The notes beneath the pieces were generated by a model, which saw nothing but the letters and a program-made list of their open reading frames with translations, was not told the origin of the DNA and ran no database searches. A DNA stretch of 63,914 nt, the filler included, from Olpidium bornovanus S191 (lineage: Eukaryota > Fungi > Olpidiomycota), in NCBI GenBank assembly GCA_017911155.1. It is 28 parts of 28 records of this genome, joined end to end, with 100 filler letters (N's around TTAATTAATTAA, not from the genome) between each part and the next. Parts side by side here need not be neighbours in the genome. Positions count along the whole stretch, not along the records: positions 32,409 to 35,534 come from JAEFCI010002068.1; positions 35,635 to 36,635 come from JAEFCI010007607.1; positions 36,736 to 38,974 come from JAEFCI010002478.1; positions 39,075 to 42,715 come from JAEFCI010000027.1; positions 42,816 to 45,851 come from JAEFCI010003680.1; positions 45,952 to 49,881 come from JAEFCI010008563.1; 22 more parts are not named here. One strand, given 5' to 3'. How positions within the stretch are numbered: position 1 is the first letter of the stretch; each line of letters starts with the position of its first letter. Both the position numbers and the translations under genes were made by a program. Positions 34,478-46,488 of this stretch are shown here, piece after piece.

Positions 34478-35534
34478 ATGGCCGTGCCTCTCGCACACCG
34501 CGTCGAGGCGTCCGCCAAGTGCGTTTGCCGCGCGGTCCTCGCCCGCGGCGCTTTTGGTGCGCGGCGCGGTTTTTCGCCCGCTGCCCGCCCGCTGGCGTCT
34601 CGCGGCGCGCGGCGGGGCAGCGCGGCGCCCGTCTCCCCGCTTGTGCCTGCCGGTCGCTGTGGGTCTGCCGCCGCATGGGCCCCGGAAGCGGACCCGCCCG
34701 GGCTGTGCCGGGCGTACCGTGCGGCCGAACGGAAGAAGTCCGGTGCGCTGGCGCACCACGGCCCGTCGCAGCTCCATTCTCAGGGAGAGCAGTACGTGCC
34801 GTCGTTTGGGGGGCCGAGGTTCGCGGAAGCGAAGCGGGCGCAGAAGGACCGCTGGGAAAGCACGGCGCAGAAACGGAAGGGCCGCCGTGCGTGCTCGGCG
34901 AGAGAAGACAAGGAGGAAGGCAGCGAGAGTGAGCGGTCCCTTCTGCTGGCGGACCCTTGGAAGGACGCCGCCGTGCAGCCTCCTGCCCACCCTGCGGCAG
35001 CCTTGTTCCTTCACCGGCTGCTGCCGCATGTCTGGGACGGGCCGGAACCAGCGTTCGAAGCATTCAAGGCTATCCCCAACGGCGCAACGATTGAAGAACT
35101 GCTTAATGGGATTGACCGACGGAGCTTCTGCTTCTTCCTCCTTAAGCTGGGCAAGAACCCCTCCAAGCCTCTCCAGGACGCCGCCACCGACGTGGAATAC
35201 GTCCATTCCGTACTACAGACCACGAGATATTTTCTGGACTACCACGCCGCCACGACGGTGTACAGCGCCCTTGGTACCCTTGGGCGGACGGATAAGATTC
35301 TGGAGATGTACAACAACGCTGCCGCAATGCTGGCAGCCGAAGAAGCCAAAGGAAGCGCGTCCCTGGGGCACAACCTCGAGGCGTACGTTCGGTCGGCGAT
35401 CTACGGCGCTACCAAGGCGGGGAAGTTGGAGACCGCCGACGTTCTGTTTGACCTTCAGCTCCGGCGGCACCGGAATATGGGGATCCTCGACTTGTCAGCG
35501 CGGGCGCAGTCGTTGCGGCTGACGGGTGGCATGC
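34478..35534 (+). CDS. Probable mitochondrial helical-repeat (PPR-like) protein, N-terminal part
   Basis: R/A-rich presequence-like N-terminus, then helix pairs ATTVYSALGTLGRTDKILEMY and VRSAIYGATKAGKLETADVLF. Open to the contig end. Confidence 0.6.
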
Positions 35535-36735
35535 NNNNNNNNNNNNNNNNNNNNNNNNNNNNNNNNNNNNNNNNNNNNTTAATTAATTAANNNNNNNNNN
35601 NNNNNNNNNNNNNNNNNNNNNNNNNNNNNNNNNNATTTACTTAAGGAGGAGAAATCTGGTTGGGACCCGATCTTCAAAGAATATTTCCGCCTTACACAAG
35701 TAATTGTCACTAGTGCTGCCAATGCGGTAAAGCGCGCGTGCTCGTGAGGATCATGGTGAATTTAGACCGCAAGAAAATATCTCCTGGCCTCAAAACTCAA
35801 GATCAGAATTGCAGCTGCAATGTACGTTTTTACTGCCCAAGAACTAAAGAATAGACATAGCCTCGGTACCAGTTCGGCGCCTCAAAATGAGTATGAAAAA
35901 TTTGCGTAATCCTGTATCTGATTTCGACCAAGTTTTGGAATACGGGGCGCATGGGGGGGGGTCTTAGCTCGGGCGGAATTCAGTCGTCGGGTTTTTGGGT
36001 TGCCGGAAGCAATTAATTTGAAGCGGGGGGAGGGGGGGGGGGTTTAGTGTAGGAAATAAAGGGGCCGCTTGTAGAATCCCTAGTCCCCCGCCATATAAAA
36101 TAGGCCTAGACGAGATAGCAACGCCACGCTCTGAATACAGTTCTTCCCTGCCTCCGCGCTCGCGGCGGCTTCCCTTGTTCTCCCCTTCTTTTCTCTCCCC
36201 TTCGGCTCCAAAATTACAGTATTTAGCGCAGGCCGGAGCTGGAATGGTTCCCGTAGGAGCTGCGCTCGGCAATCCACCTTTTCTCCAACAGGTCCCCTTT
36301 TCCCCGAAAACCTCGCATCGTACTGTTTCACTTGGCCCGAGAACAGGTCGGCCGCTGGCAACCCCCCCCCTGCCCTTTTTTTTTTTTTTTGTTTTTTTCC
36401 TCGTCACACCGCGGCGACGTGAGCCTCTTCGTACGAGTGCGAAGGTTTCGGGTACTGGTCCTTCCCCGGCGAGAGTCCGGCGATCGCTCGGATCTTCGCG
36501 ACCAACGCCCGCCGCATGAACTGTTCTCGCGAGAGCTGGCGAATGTGCTGCGTTTTTACACCCAGAGAGAGAGAAAAAGAAATTTTTTTGGCCGTATAGG
36601 AGTGAATATGGAACCGCCGGGCGTCAAACCGTGACNNNNNNNNNNNNNNNNNNNNNNNNNNNNNNNNNNNNNNNNNNNNTTAATTAATTAANNNNNNNNN
36701 NNNNNNNNNNNNNNNNNNNNNNNNNNNNNNNNNNN

Positions 36736-37820
36736 CATGACCACCTGACATCCTAATCTCGAGCTTTATAAGTTTCAGATTCGACAACGGGGCCGGCGGT
36801 CAATAAACCATCCGACACCCACAAAAGCGGAGGCGGAAAGTCGCGAGAATAGGATTGGACCGAGCAACAACGGCAAAAAGGGTTGCCGGAGCGCACAGCC
36901 ACTCACGTCTCTGTAAGGCCGAAAGCGAGGTCCAGCATGTCGTTTTCTTCGTCCGACGGCTCGTCCAACTTCTCATAAATTGCGGGTTCTAGTATGACGC
37001 TACCCGATGATCGGCATTTTTCAATTTACGTCCGCGAAACCGACACTGCGATAAACACCGGCCAGTTCGCAAACAGTACGTACTGGCATGTCGAGCAGGC
37101 AAGGGAACCCTCACACGCGCCTGAAGGGCAAATGTTTCGTCATCCAAAAGCAGGATCGCCGGTCGAAGCACGGGTGGCCGCACCCACCTTCAAGGTCAAC
37201 GTCGTTCGCGTGGGCAATATCAAGCAAGCTATCTCCCTCGTACGCTCTTACTTCCGTTTCAAGGCCGTCTGAGTCAACGAATGTGACTTTCAACCTGGAG
37301 AAAGGATGGTCACATTACTCTACTCGGAAAATAATTGCCGCACGTTAATTTCGCTCACCCTTCCCCCGGTGGCGGCTTTTTTGCTGGGCTGTGCCACGAA
37401 GCTGGACCCACGGCGTTTTGAGTGCGCGGTGCCCCGGGGAGTAAATTACGGAGCACACCCGTGAGCAGCAGCAAGGTGTTGCGCAACCCCCGGTCGGTGC
37501 GCCCAGAATCTTAGTCACCTACGTGACGTGGTAGTAAACGGCACGACGGCCGGTGGGCCAGACGGCCTCGGTGCGTGGAAGGGCGGAACCGCCGGCGTGG
37601 GTCGGGCCGCCGGCGCGGAACTGTCGGCGGCCACGCCGGAGCGCATTCCGATCGGAAGCGCCGCCGCGGACGAGCGGGCGGCGTGCGCGGCGCCGCCGCA
37701 GCGGAAAGCGCGGGTCGGGCAAGCGGGCGCGGGCTCCGCCGCTCTCGCCCGCAGCGCCGCCAGCGTGGTGACAGCGGCCCGCGCAGACTTCCGGTGGCAC
37801 TGTCGCTGAGCAAGCAGCAT
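36736..37820 (-). CDS. YAH1: Mitochondrial adrenodoxin-type [2Fe-2S] ferredoxin, spliced, 3'-partial
   Basis: Exons: presequence; VTFVDSDG...LLDIAHANDVDLEG; ACEGSLACSTCH; VILEPAIYEKLDEPSDEENDMLDLAFGLTET; SRLGCQVVM. All four Cys ligands are present and introns are GT-AG. Confidence 0.97.
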
Positions 37821-39074
37821 CGCCGCGTGGCGGGGCCCGTGCGGCCGCGTCATTGTGGGCGGTTCTGGGCGCGCGCCGCGGCAGAAAGAGCGACGACAGA
37901 AGAGCAGGAAGGATGTGTTTCGATTTTTTTTATTTATTTTTTTTTTTCTTTACAGCTTTGAAAACTCCGGCGGAAACCCGGCGTTCACAAATCCACCGGG
38001 GCTGTGGAAGCCGTTGCAAACACTGTGTGATACCTGGGAGAGTGCATTGGGCGACAAGACGTGTACGCCGTCCTTCCCTCCCTTCCCCCGCACCCCCGCA
38101 AGCTGCCTCGATTGCTGTGGACGCAGATGGAGGCCCGCATTAGCTTGGCATTGCCCTCTTGACTGGAACATCTTTTGATTACCATTTTTTATTTCGCCAC
38201 GCGCGTTGACAGATAAATGTCGAAAATTGGTGAATTCGGGCGAATAAGATCACAGCAACCGGAACCGGAACCAATCCCTGTAGATTTCCTCCGGCTGACA
38301 CGGGAGGAATGGATCGCTCTCGGCGCAATCCAACCGGCACCCTGCATTATCCCCCTCCCGCTCGCGCCCCGCCACCACGAGGGGCGGGACCGGCGGCCCA
38401 AACTCCAGGGGTGTTCATCCACCCGACCTTAGTGGTGGGTCGGCAATCCGGGAAATTACGACTGATCTCGGGCAGATCAAACTCTCCGGGGTCAAAAGTC
38501 CTCCGGGGCAGTTTCTGACGCCAAAACCAAGGAAAACAGTCGGTGCGCAGCCCAAACGACAGGAGACAAACGCCGCCAGGTCATCGCTGCGCTCGTCGAG
38601 CGGTAAGCCAAGCCGCGTACCAGCAGCGCGCGAACGCACGGCCCTTTTTTGTTGCGGCGTCGTGGACCAACAATCGCACAACACCAGACGCGAACGACGC
38701 CGTCGGCCCGGGCGGCGCGCGGGCTCTCTTTCTCTCTCACACACACCCTCCCTCCTCTTCGGAGAGCCAGACAGCAACCCGCAGACACCCCTCCCCCCAC
38801 TCCCTCCCCCCCCAACAAAAAAACCGCCCTCCCTTTCTTCTTCTGCCCAAAGACATGTCGCGGACGCCTTCGCAGGATGGAACCGCCGCGTGGGGGAATT
38901 TTTTTACGCGGAGCACCTTCAGTTTTCTGCGCGAAGAGACGCCCGGCGGGGTTGAGGTTTGATCTCTAGAACGGNNNNNNNNNNNNNNNNNNNNNNNNNN
39001 NNNNNNNNNNNNNNNNNNTTAATTAATTAANNNNNNNNNNNNNNNNNNNNNNNNNNNNNNNNNNNNNNNNNNNN

Positions 39075-41794
39075 CATGCCGTCTGCTTTCCCACAAGACA
39101 TTCGCAGCCAAGGTGGTCGCGGCGGGCGGCGAAGACCTCGAGAAGGAATTTCTCCTCGTCATTGAGAAGGCCTTATCCGTTATTGCCAACGCGGACACCC
39201 GTAAGTACCCCCATCGCGAAATGGACGAGAACAAGGCGGCGTCGGCTGCTAGGTTTTGGAAAGGTAAGACTTGTATTCGGGTGGTTCAAGGGGTATGGCC
39301 CACAAGTGGACGGACGAGTGTGGACGCCGAGATGTTGACTTCGAGCTGGACGCATAGGGTTGATGGAGAATGCGTACCGTCTCTTGGACAAGGCCAACAG
39401 CCTGCTATCGCTCCCAGCGTTCATCGTCATTATCGAACAGTTGATGCGGCACCAAAACCCGCTGGTGAGTGTCTCAAGCCTTTTAGGTGTCCCGATCAAA
39501 ATGGGCGTCGCACTCACTTTCGTTGGTTACTCTTCTCCCCGTCAAAGGTACGCCGGAAGGCCATCATCCTGCTGACAGCCAAGGCGCAGACGCAGGCTAA
39601 ATTTGACCGCGAGACGTCCAAACTGTTCTTGTCCTCTCTCCGCTTGCTCTGCAGTCTGATCGATGTTTCATCGCCCGACACGGAGCGGGTCGCCACCAAC
39701 GCCCAAACCGCGCTCGCGGCGATCGCTGCCCTGGCGCAGCGCCTCGCCCGCCCGCACCGAGAGGCTTTTGCAGAGGTTGTACCACTAGTGGTCGGCCCCG
39801 GGGGCCTGCGGAGTCCGACCCCGCAGGTCGCGGCGTCGGCACTCGTTACCCTGGCCGTGTTGGTCACTGAGCTTGGGCCACGTGTCGTGCCGTTCCTGCC
39901 CAAGTTTGTGCCGACAGTGCTGGATATACTGAAGACAAGCGCGCAAGGTAGCAGCCCGGAGTGCAACCCGCGAGGGGGGGGGAAGGGGGGGAGTGGCGGT
40001 CATTTTTAGCGGATATCTGACCTCGTCGCATATGTGCGGGGCCATTTTACCTGTAGGAGCAAATCCGGGCGTAGATGGGGTCACAACCGTCAGCGGACTC
40101 GTGGTGCTGGAGAGGCTGGGCGACTCGCTGCCACAGTTTTTAAGCCCGTACCTCGACGACATCCTGTCCGTTAGCCTCCACCCGGCCTTGCTACGGACTT
40201 CTGAAGCGAAGGCGTTCACCTCGGAGGCCGCCGAGAAAGCGAAGGCTGTCCGGGATTTCCTCGCCACTAAGGTTGCACCGAGGGTCCTGCTCCCGCACGT
40301 TTTCGCCAGCTACGGTCACGCCGTCAAATGCGGTGCTGAGGTACGGGCGTTCGGGGGGCTTGGAGCCATTGGGTACCTTCGACGATGTTCAGTCCGCTGA
40401 ATTTTTTTCCGGACCCAGTCTACTCTGGCGCTTCTCGATGTCCTCGGCAACGCGGTGACCGTAATGCCGCGAGACGTAATTACGGCGCAGTATAAGAAGG
40501 TGTTCAAGTTCCTCCTCCTCGCGTTCGACGTCCGCCGGGCCCACGGCGGGCAGCTGGGCGAAGACACGTCGAGGGTGGAAGACGGCGCAATAACGGCCTT
40601 CATCCGACTGGTCGTGAAGCTGAACGAGTCGTTGTTCAAGCCGTTGTTCTTGAAAACCGTCGACTGGGGCACAGTGGAGATGGCGGCGAGCGAGGAAGAG
40701 GAAGGCAGCGGCGACGCTGACACGGGGGACGCGCGGGCGCGGCTGCTCTTCACGTACCGCCTAGTCAGTCGGCTGCTCGACCGGCTCAAGTCCATAGTTG
40801 CGCCTTACTACGCCTGCCTGCTCGAAAATGTCCTGGGGATCCTCGCGAGGTACGCGAAGAGGGGCGGCAAACGGCCCGACGTTCTTTGGGTGAACGTCAT
40901 GGAGTCTCTGCACAAGTGCTTACTGCACGATAACGACGGTGGGTTGTCCGAACAACTTGTTGCCAAATTGACGAGGCGGCCCACTTCGCCAGAGCCAAGC
41001 GAAACCTAACGAGAGTGCTCGGGATAACGCAGGTTTTTGGAACGCCGAGAGATTCAACAGCTTGCTCCCGCATCTTGCTGGACAATTGGAGAACACGAGC
41101 GGCGGCGCCGATGCGTACAAGGTGTGTACCGTGTCTACTTCACGACCACACACACATACACACATTCACGCCGTCAGTTTGCCGGCTGTCACGGTGCTGA
41201 TGTTCCCGTATCCCCCCCTTCGACCACCCCCCCCCCTCCTCTTTCCTTGTGTTTTCGTTCTAGGCTCGTCTTTCCGAGCATATCGTGCCGTGCCTGGGCC
41301 AGTTGGCGGTGACGGTTGGCTCGGACGCGCTGTGGAAGCCCCTTAACTCGCAGGTGCTTGCGCAAACACGGGACGACTCGCCTCTGGTGCGCACGGGCGC
41401 GCTGAGAGTGCTGTCAGAGTTTTACGCAAGATTGGGAGAGGAGTTCCTCATCCTCCTCCCGGAGACGATACCGTTCCTCGCGGAGCTGATGGAGGGTAAG
41501 GTTTTCGGCCGGGGCGCTCTCGTGGGAAAGGATTAGGGACATGCCTCGTGCTGGCTGGCCGGGGTGTGGCGGGGGGACTGGATTTTTTTTTTTCTTTTCT
41601 TGGTTTCCTTGCCTGTTTGGAAGGATAAGTTCCGTTCCGCTCACCGACCTGCCAACCGGTGCGCTCTCCCCGGCCCCGCCGTTTATTTTCCTTCACGTGC
41701 AGACGACGACGTCGAAGTCGAAAAACTCACGCAGGAGGTCATTGCGCAGATGGAGACGTTGTTGGGCGAGAGCCTCCAACAGTACTTCAGGTAG
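39075..41794 (+). CDS. UTP10: U3 snoRNA-associated protein 10 (HEATR1/BAP28), C-terminal exons, 5'-partial
   Basis: BP28CT-type LVVKLNESLFKPLFLKTVDW and terminal LGEEFLILLPETIPFLAELMED/DDVEVEKLTQEVIAQMETLLGESLQQYF. Confidence 0.96.
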
Positions 41795-42528
41795 TTTTCC
41801 GTTTTTGTGCGCGAGAAGCGAGACCGTGCGCAGTCAACAAGGAAAACGGAACAAAAAAATTCCCCGTAGAAGATCTAAACTCTCCGCATACCCGGCCGGT
41901 AGTGCGATCCCTGTACCACCACTTCCCCCGCCTCTTTTTCACCGGCGTTTGCACCCCTTTGAACACGTGTTTCCCAAATCGCGGCGGGGGAGGAAAATGA
42001 ACGATCAACTTACGCGGCAGCCTGCCCGCGCACGGCGACAGGGACGAACCAGGAAAAACGCTGGCGGCAAGGGTGGGGCCGGGTGGGAGGGAAACAAGAC
42101 GGGAGGGGTATGAGGGGATGGGTTTCCCCAGCTGGATATACGACGCGCGGCGGAAGGCCCGCTGGACGTATGTTCGTGAAATCGTCGTGTTGTCCCTTTT
42201 TCAGCGCGGGGCCGGCTGCTGATATTGCCAAACAGATATCTGACCACAGAAAAAGGCCCTCCTGGAATAAAAATTTTGCACCGCGCATCGGCTGTGTTTC
42301 CGACGGACCCGCGTGCATAGGTGACACTACGTGCGCCTGGGATATACGTGTTTGCCGAATTGCAACCCCGAAAATCCAAAACTCCCCTCCCTCACTTTCC
42401 CCTGCTTTTCCCGTTTGCCGCGGGATGTTAGGGGTGAACGCCCCTCGGGAGGAAAGAGGACAACGGAAGAGTGCCAATGCGAAAAACGGAAAACTCCCGG
42501 ATCCGTCCGCTAAACCGCCTGCCATATC

Positions 42529-42715
42529 TCACGCCACAGCTGCCAGGCATCCCTTCCACCGCTCGACCTCCCTTTTCACTCTCTCGAGAGTGGCCATGAG
42601 ATTCTCGAGCCGGGGACTCCGGCTCTCGACGAGTATCTCCTCGAGGACTTCCATTAGCTCCCCCCGCACCTTGATGGTCCGCCCAGGAGCGACGGAGGCT
42701 GCGGCGGGGGGCGGA
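42529..42715 (-). CDS. Possible C-terminal exon of an unidentified gene
   Basis: Open frame from the contig edge: RTIKVRGELMEVLEEILVESRSPRLENLMATLERVKREVERWKGCLAAVA*, amphipathic-helix-like. Confidence 0.4.
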
Positions 42716-42815
42716 NNNNNNNNNNNNNNNNNNNNNNNNNNNNNNNNNNNNNNNNNNNNTTAATTAATTAANNNNNNNNNNNNNNNNNNNNNNNNNNNNN
42801 NNNNNNNNNNNNNNN

Positions 42816-43614
42816 CCCCGCCGCCGCTAACGTCCTCCGGCCCATACATTCCCGAGCTGCGATGTCGGACCGAAAAGTAAACGGACACGCCCGTTAGAGC
42901 AAGGATCGGAAGAAATCCTGTAATTAACGCAGTGGTCCTTGACGCCCGTGAAAGGAGAGCCAATCTCACCAGGAAAAAACGGCCCCGCCACGCTCAGCCG
43001 TGGGCGTCTAACTCGAACGGCAAACGGCGGGGTAGGGCTGGACATTAGAACGCGGCTGAGGAAGGAAACAGGGGCCTCCCGGTAAACTCGCGCGGACGTC
43101 TGGAGGTGGACGTCCTTTGGACGGCGGAGGTTCCCAGAGGGGATCAGGCGAAGCCCGGGACCTCCCCCGCACGGACCGCACCGGCGCGTCACATCACGGC
43201 AAGCTCCCAACGCCGCACGACGGACGACAGCAGATTTGACTCGCGCGCGGATTTCGGGAGATCTCCCGGCCCTCGCCGGCCGGAGAGAGAGACACGGCCA
43301 AGCGGCCGCTCCTCCGCCCGTTCGGGTGCTGTTTCGAACCTCGACGGAACGAAGGGCGCGGGAGTCCGCATTCCGTGGGCGGGAGACGGGGTCTTTTTCG
43401 CTCCCTTTCCGGGGACCTGCGTCTGGGTGCCGTGGTCACCACCACTCACCAGGTCCTCTGCGTACCCGCGGGCGGGCGTCGGCGAGCCAAGCAGCAGAAG
43501 CAGCAGCAGGGAGAGCAGCAGCAGGGGCGCAGTCGGCGACCGAGCTCGGTGAGCAGCAGCCGGCGGTGCTTCGCCGTCGTCGTCATCACGCGCGGCGGCG
43601 GGCAAGCATCGCAT
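42816..43614 (-). CDS. Hypothetical secreted or membrane protein, spliced, 3'-partial
   Basis: ATG at 43614, signal-like PLLLLSLLLLLLLGSPTPARG followed by a GTGAGT donor, and a later hydrophobic segment GFLPILALTGVSVYFSV. Exon structure not resolved. Confidence 0.4.
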
Positions 43615-43832
43615 GTCTTCGGGGAATGAGGCGCGCAGAGCGTGTATTTTGCGGTGGGCGGGTGCCGCGAAACAAGGCGGGGAAGCCAGAAGCCGGGATT
43701 AGGAACGCAGCCGAGGGGAGCCTCGGCTGGATGGATCCGCGGGCGTTTTAATCTCTCCCTGCTCCCAGGGACTATGAGGAACTACGGCACGGCTGAGCGG
43801 TGTGCGCAAGAGCAGTGCCGTCCGCGATCTCT

Positions 43833-43840
<8 letters not shown>

Positions 43841-43877
<37 letters not shown>
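43841..43877 (+). repeat. (CT)n microsatellite; similar (CT)n/(GA)n, (GGTT)n/(GGTC)n and (TTTTA)n tracts at about 49050-49160, 49285-49360 and 54975-55020
   Basis: Directly visible simple repeats. Confidence 0.95.
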
Positions 43878-43879
<2 letters not shown>

Positions 43880-44449
43880 CCCTGGTCCCCTCTGTTTGTA
43901 ATCCGCTGCAGGGCTGAATGGGGATGAAGGGGGCGGACGACGGGGAGTCTCCTTTCTCGCGTGCGCGCCTGCCGCAGCCGCCGTTCTCTGCCACGGGCCG
44001 CTCTCGACGACGCATCCTCAACACCGTCATATGACCAGACTTTTCCGAGCGGCCGCCGGCTTTCCGCCCTCTCGGCGAAGCGGGGGATGCCGGCGCAAGC
44101 ATCCCCGCCCACGTGGCCGCCGCTATAGGCTGCCGCCTGCGGGCTACGGCTGACCCAACTTATCACATGGCCGAATCAGCCAGGGCACGCGCACTAGGCC
44201 ATAAGCACGCTATGTTGGAACCCCCGCTCCCTGGCTGCGAATCTTTTACAAGTTTTGTGAAACTAGGATCGTAAAAAGGGGTTTCCCATGGCTGACGGGC
44301 GAAAAGAGGGCCAGGTGCGGCGGGTCTGTGCGTTGTGGGGGATATCGGCGACGAGGCTTCCGGAATGCCTCCGCCCTTGGACGGTGCACTTGTGAAACAA
44401 ACTCAGGAAGCGGAAAACTCTCGTCGGGTTCGAGACCCTGCCCCCGCCA

Positions 44450-45839
44450 ATGTCTGCTGACAACCACCAGCAGGTGCAGGACGCGGACCGCGTCGCCGCG
44501 GCGGCTGTGCCCGGAGAAAGAACCTCCGGCACCTCGGCAGCCGCAGCCGCAGACGGCGTCGCCAGCACCAGCATTGAAAACCAGCGGCGCCTGCGGCGCG
44601 AGGCACGGCAGAAGCGCATTCTAGCATCCGGGGCAAACCGCCTCAACCAAATCACCGCCACCTTTAGCGGAGTTCAGCCGCCTCCGGCTGCGGACGCCGC
44701 GGCGGCGCCTCGTGATGCGGAGGTTCCGCGGGCTGCTGCGACTTCCGCGGGAGAGCAGCGTGAGTTTTTTTTCTTCCTGAACGTACTTCGCTGTTTTCCG
44801 TTCTGAACACACCGGATTGGCCGCGCAGCGAGCGACGCAGCGAGGGGTTCAGGAGCTGGCGGAATGGCAGCAAGCGTGCGGCGGACTGCAGGTGAACGCG
44901 GAGAAAACGAAAAGGATTCCAAGCGTGCTCCGCCCGGCAACCCGAGGCCCGAGCCATCACCCAGCGAGCTCTATGCGCAGCTAGCCGGACTGCGAAGGCG
45001 GTTCCGAGACCACGACGGCGACGGCGACGAAAACGAGGACGAAGACGGCTTTGGGCCGGATTTTTCTTTCGCGCGCCAGAACGAAGGTTTCGAGCAGATG
45101 TTCGCGCAGAATCTGCGTCAGTTGGGTGAAGGAGTGCCCCCTGTGCATCAACCGCAGCAGTGGCAGGGCCCGTCGGCGAAATCGCAGGAGACGCGACTGC
45201 GCGAACGACGGAACGCGGCGAGGTGGAAGGCCGCGCACCTTCTCAGCGTGCTGGCGCTTGTGCTGTACGTCGTCTACGTCGAGTTCTTCACCCGGACAGG
45301 CGGAGCATCGGCGGCCTGGAGGCGGTTCGCGTTACTTGCCAGGCAAGCCCCCGACGCCGCTTTCCCGTCGGAGCGGATATCGATAGTGGTGCGCAGATGT
45401 GCTTTCGCGGTTCGGATGATCCGGTTTTACTGGATCGTTGTCGTTTGAAGAAACGGGACCCCTTTTTTTGTCGCTTCTGACGGCGTTTCCTGCAGCCATT
45501 TTTCTGGTACTTGGGAACGATGGAGGCGATGCTTTTATCAGGACAATTGCTGCTTCAGGTGGGAAACAATCTTTTGAATCAACTCAACTGGATATGTAAC
45601 TGCTTAAGCAAGTGGTCTGACGTCGCGCGCGTGCCATCCGCTAGGGACCGTTGTCGGAGGGCCCGCTCCCTTCAACGATCGCCCAATTCGCTGCGCTTAA
45701 CCAAGTTTTCAACCTGGTTTCCCGCTACAGCATGATATGGAGGACGCTCGCCAACGACATCTTCACCACCGTGTTCTGCTTCGGCTTCGTCGTGGGTATC
45801 GCTGCTTTTTGCGAGAGTAGCGGCTCGTACCAGCGATAG
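44450..45839 (+). CDS. GET2: GET-pathway ER insertase subunit GET2/CAML-like, spliced
   Basis: N-terminal RRLRREARQKRILASGANRLNQIT (Get3-binding helix pattern) and three C-terminal hydrophobic segments: HLLSVLALVLYVVYV, PFFWYLGTMEAML and DIFTTVFCFGFVVGIAAF. Confidence 0.85.
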
Positions 45840-46249
45840 TTGTATCGAAGANNNNNNNNNNNNNNNNNNNNNNNNNNNNNNNNNNNNNNNNNNNNTTAAT
45901 TAATTAANNNNNNNNNNNNNNNNNNNNNNNNNNNNNNNNNNNNNNNNNNNNAAAAAAGAAAGATAGCCGTGATGTTTTGGCTAGATGTCGTGCGGGACGA
46001 GGATAAAGTGCTGGCCGGATGGTACCCGGCGCCGTTTGTCTCATGCTTTCGGATAGTGTGCGGATGGGTCGAATTATATTACAGAGGGAAAGTGAGGAAA
46101 AAAAAAAGGAAAGTAAAATGGGGGAGGAGAGGGATCGTTAGGGAGCAGGGGTGAGAAGGGACCGACGATCGACACGCTCGCGCGCGCGCCCGACCCTCCC
46201 CACCCAACCCCACTGCCTCCACCGCACCACCGCACCGGGCCCCCTCTCC

Positions 46250-46442
46250 CTAATGGCCCGCCGAAAAGTCATTTTTGTCGTGTGCGTCCTGCTTGTGCTT
46301 CTCCGGGTGGTTCAGCCTGGAATTCCGCCGGCCGTAGCAGAAGTAAATGACTTTTTTTTTGTTGGAGCGGGAGAGGCGGCGAAAGAAAGGCGGGGGCAGA
46401 GTTTCCGCGCGTGAGTCGGGATTTTTTTTTTTCTTTTTTCCT

Positions 46443-46488
<46 letters not shown>

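Noticed and set aside
35635-36635. Gene calls in this contig and in 13240-14168, 19860-20517, 22620-24329, 28100-29200, 38190-38974 and 61712-62785
   Set aside because: They contain short ORFs or possible exons with no recognisable motif, which cannot be supported without homology or RNA data.
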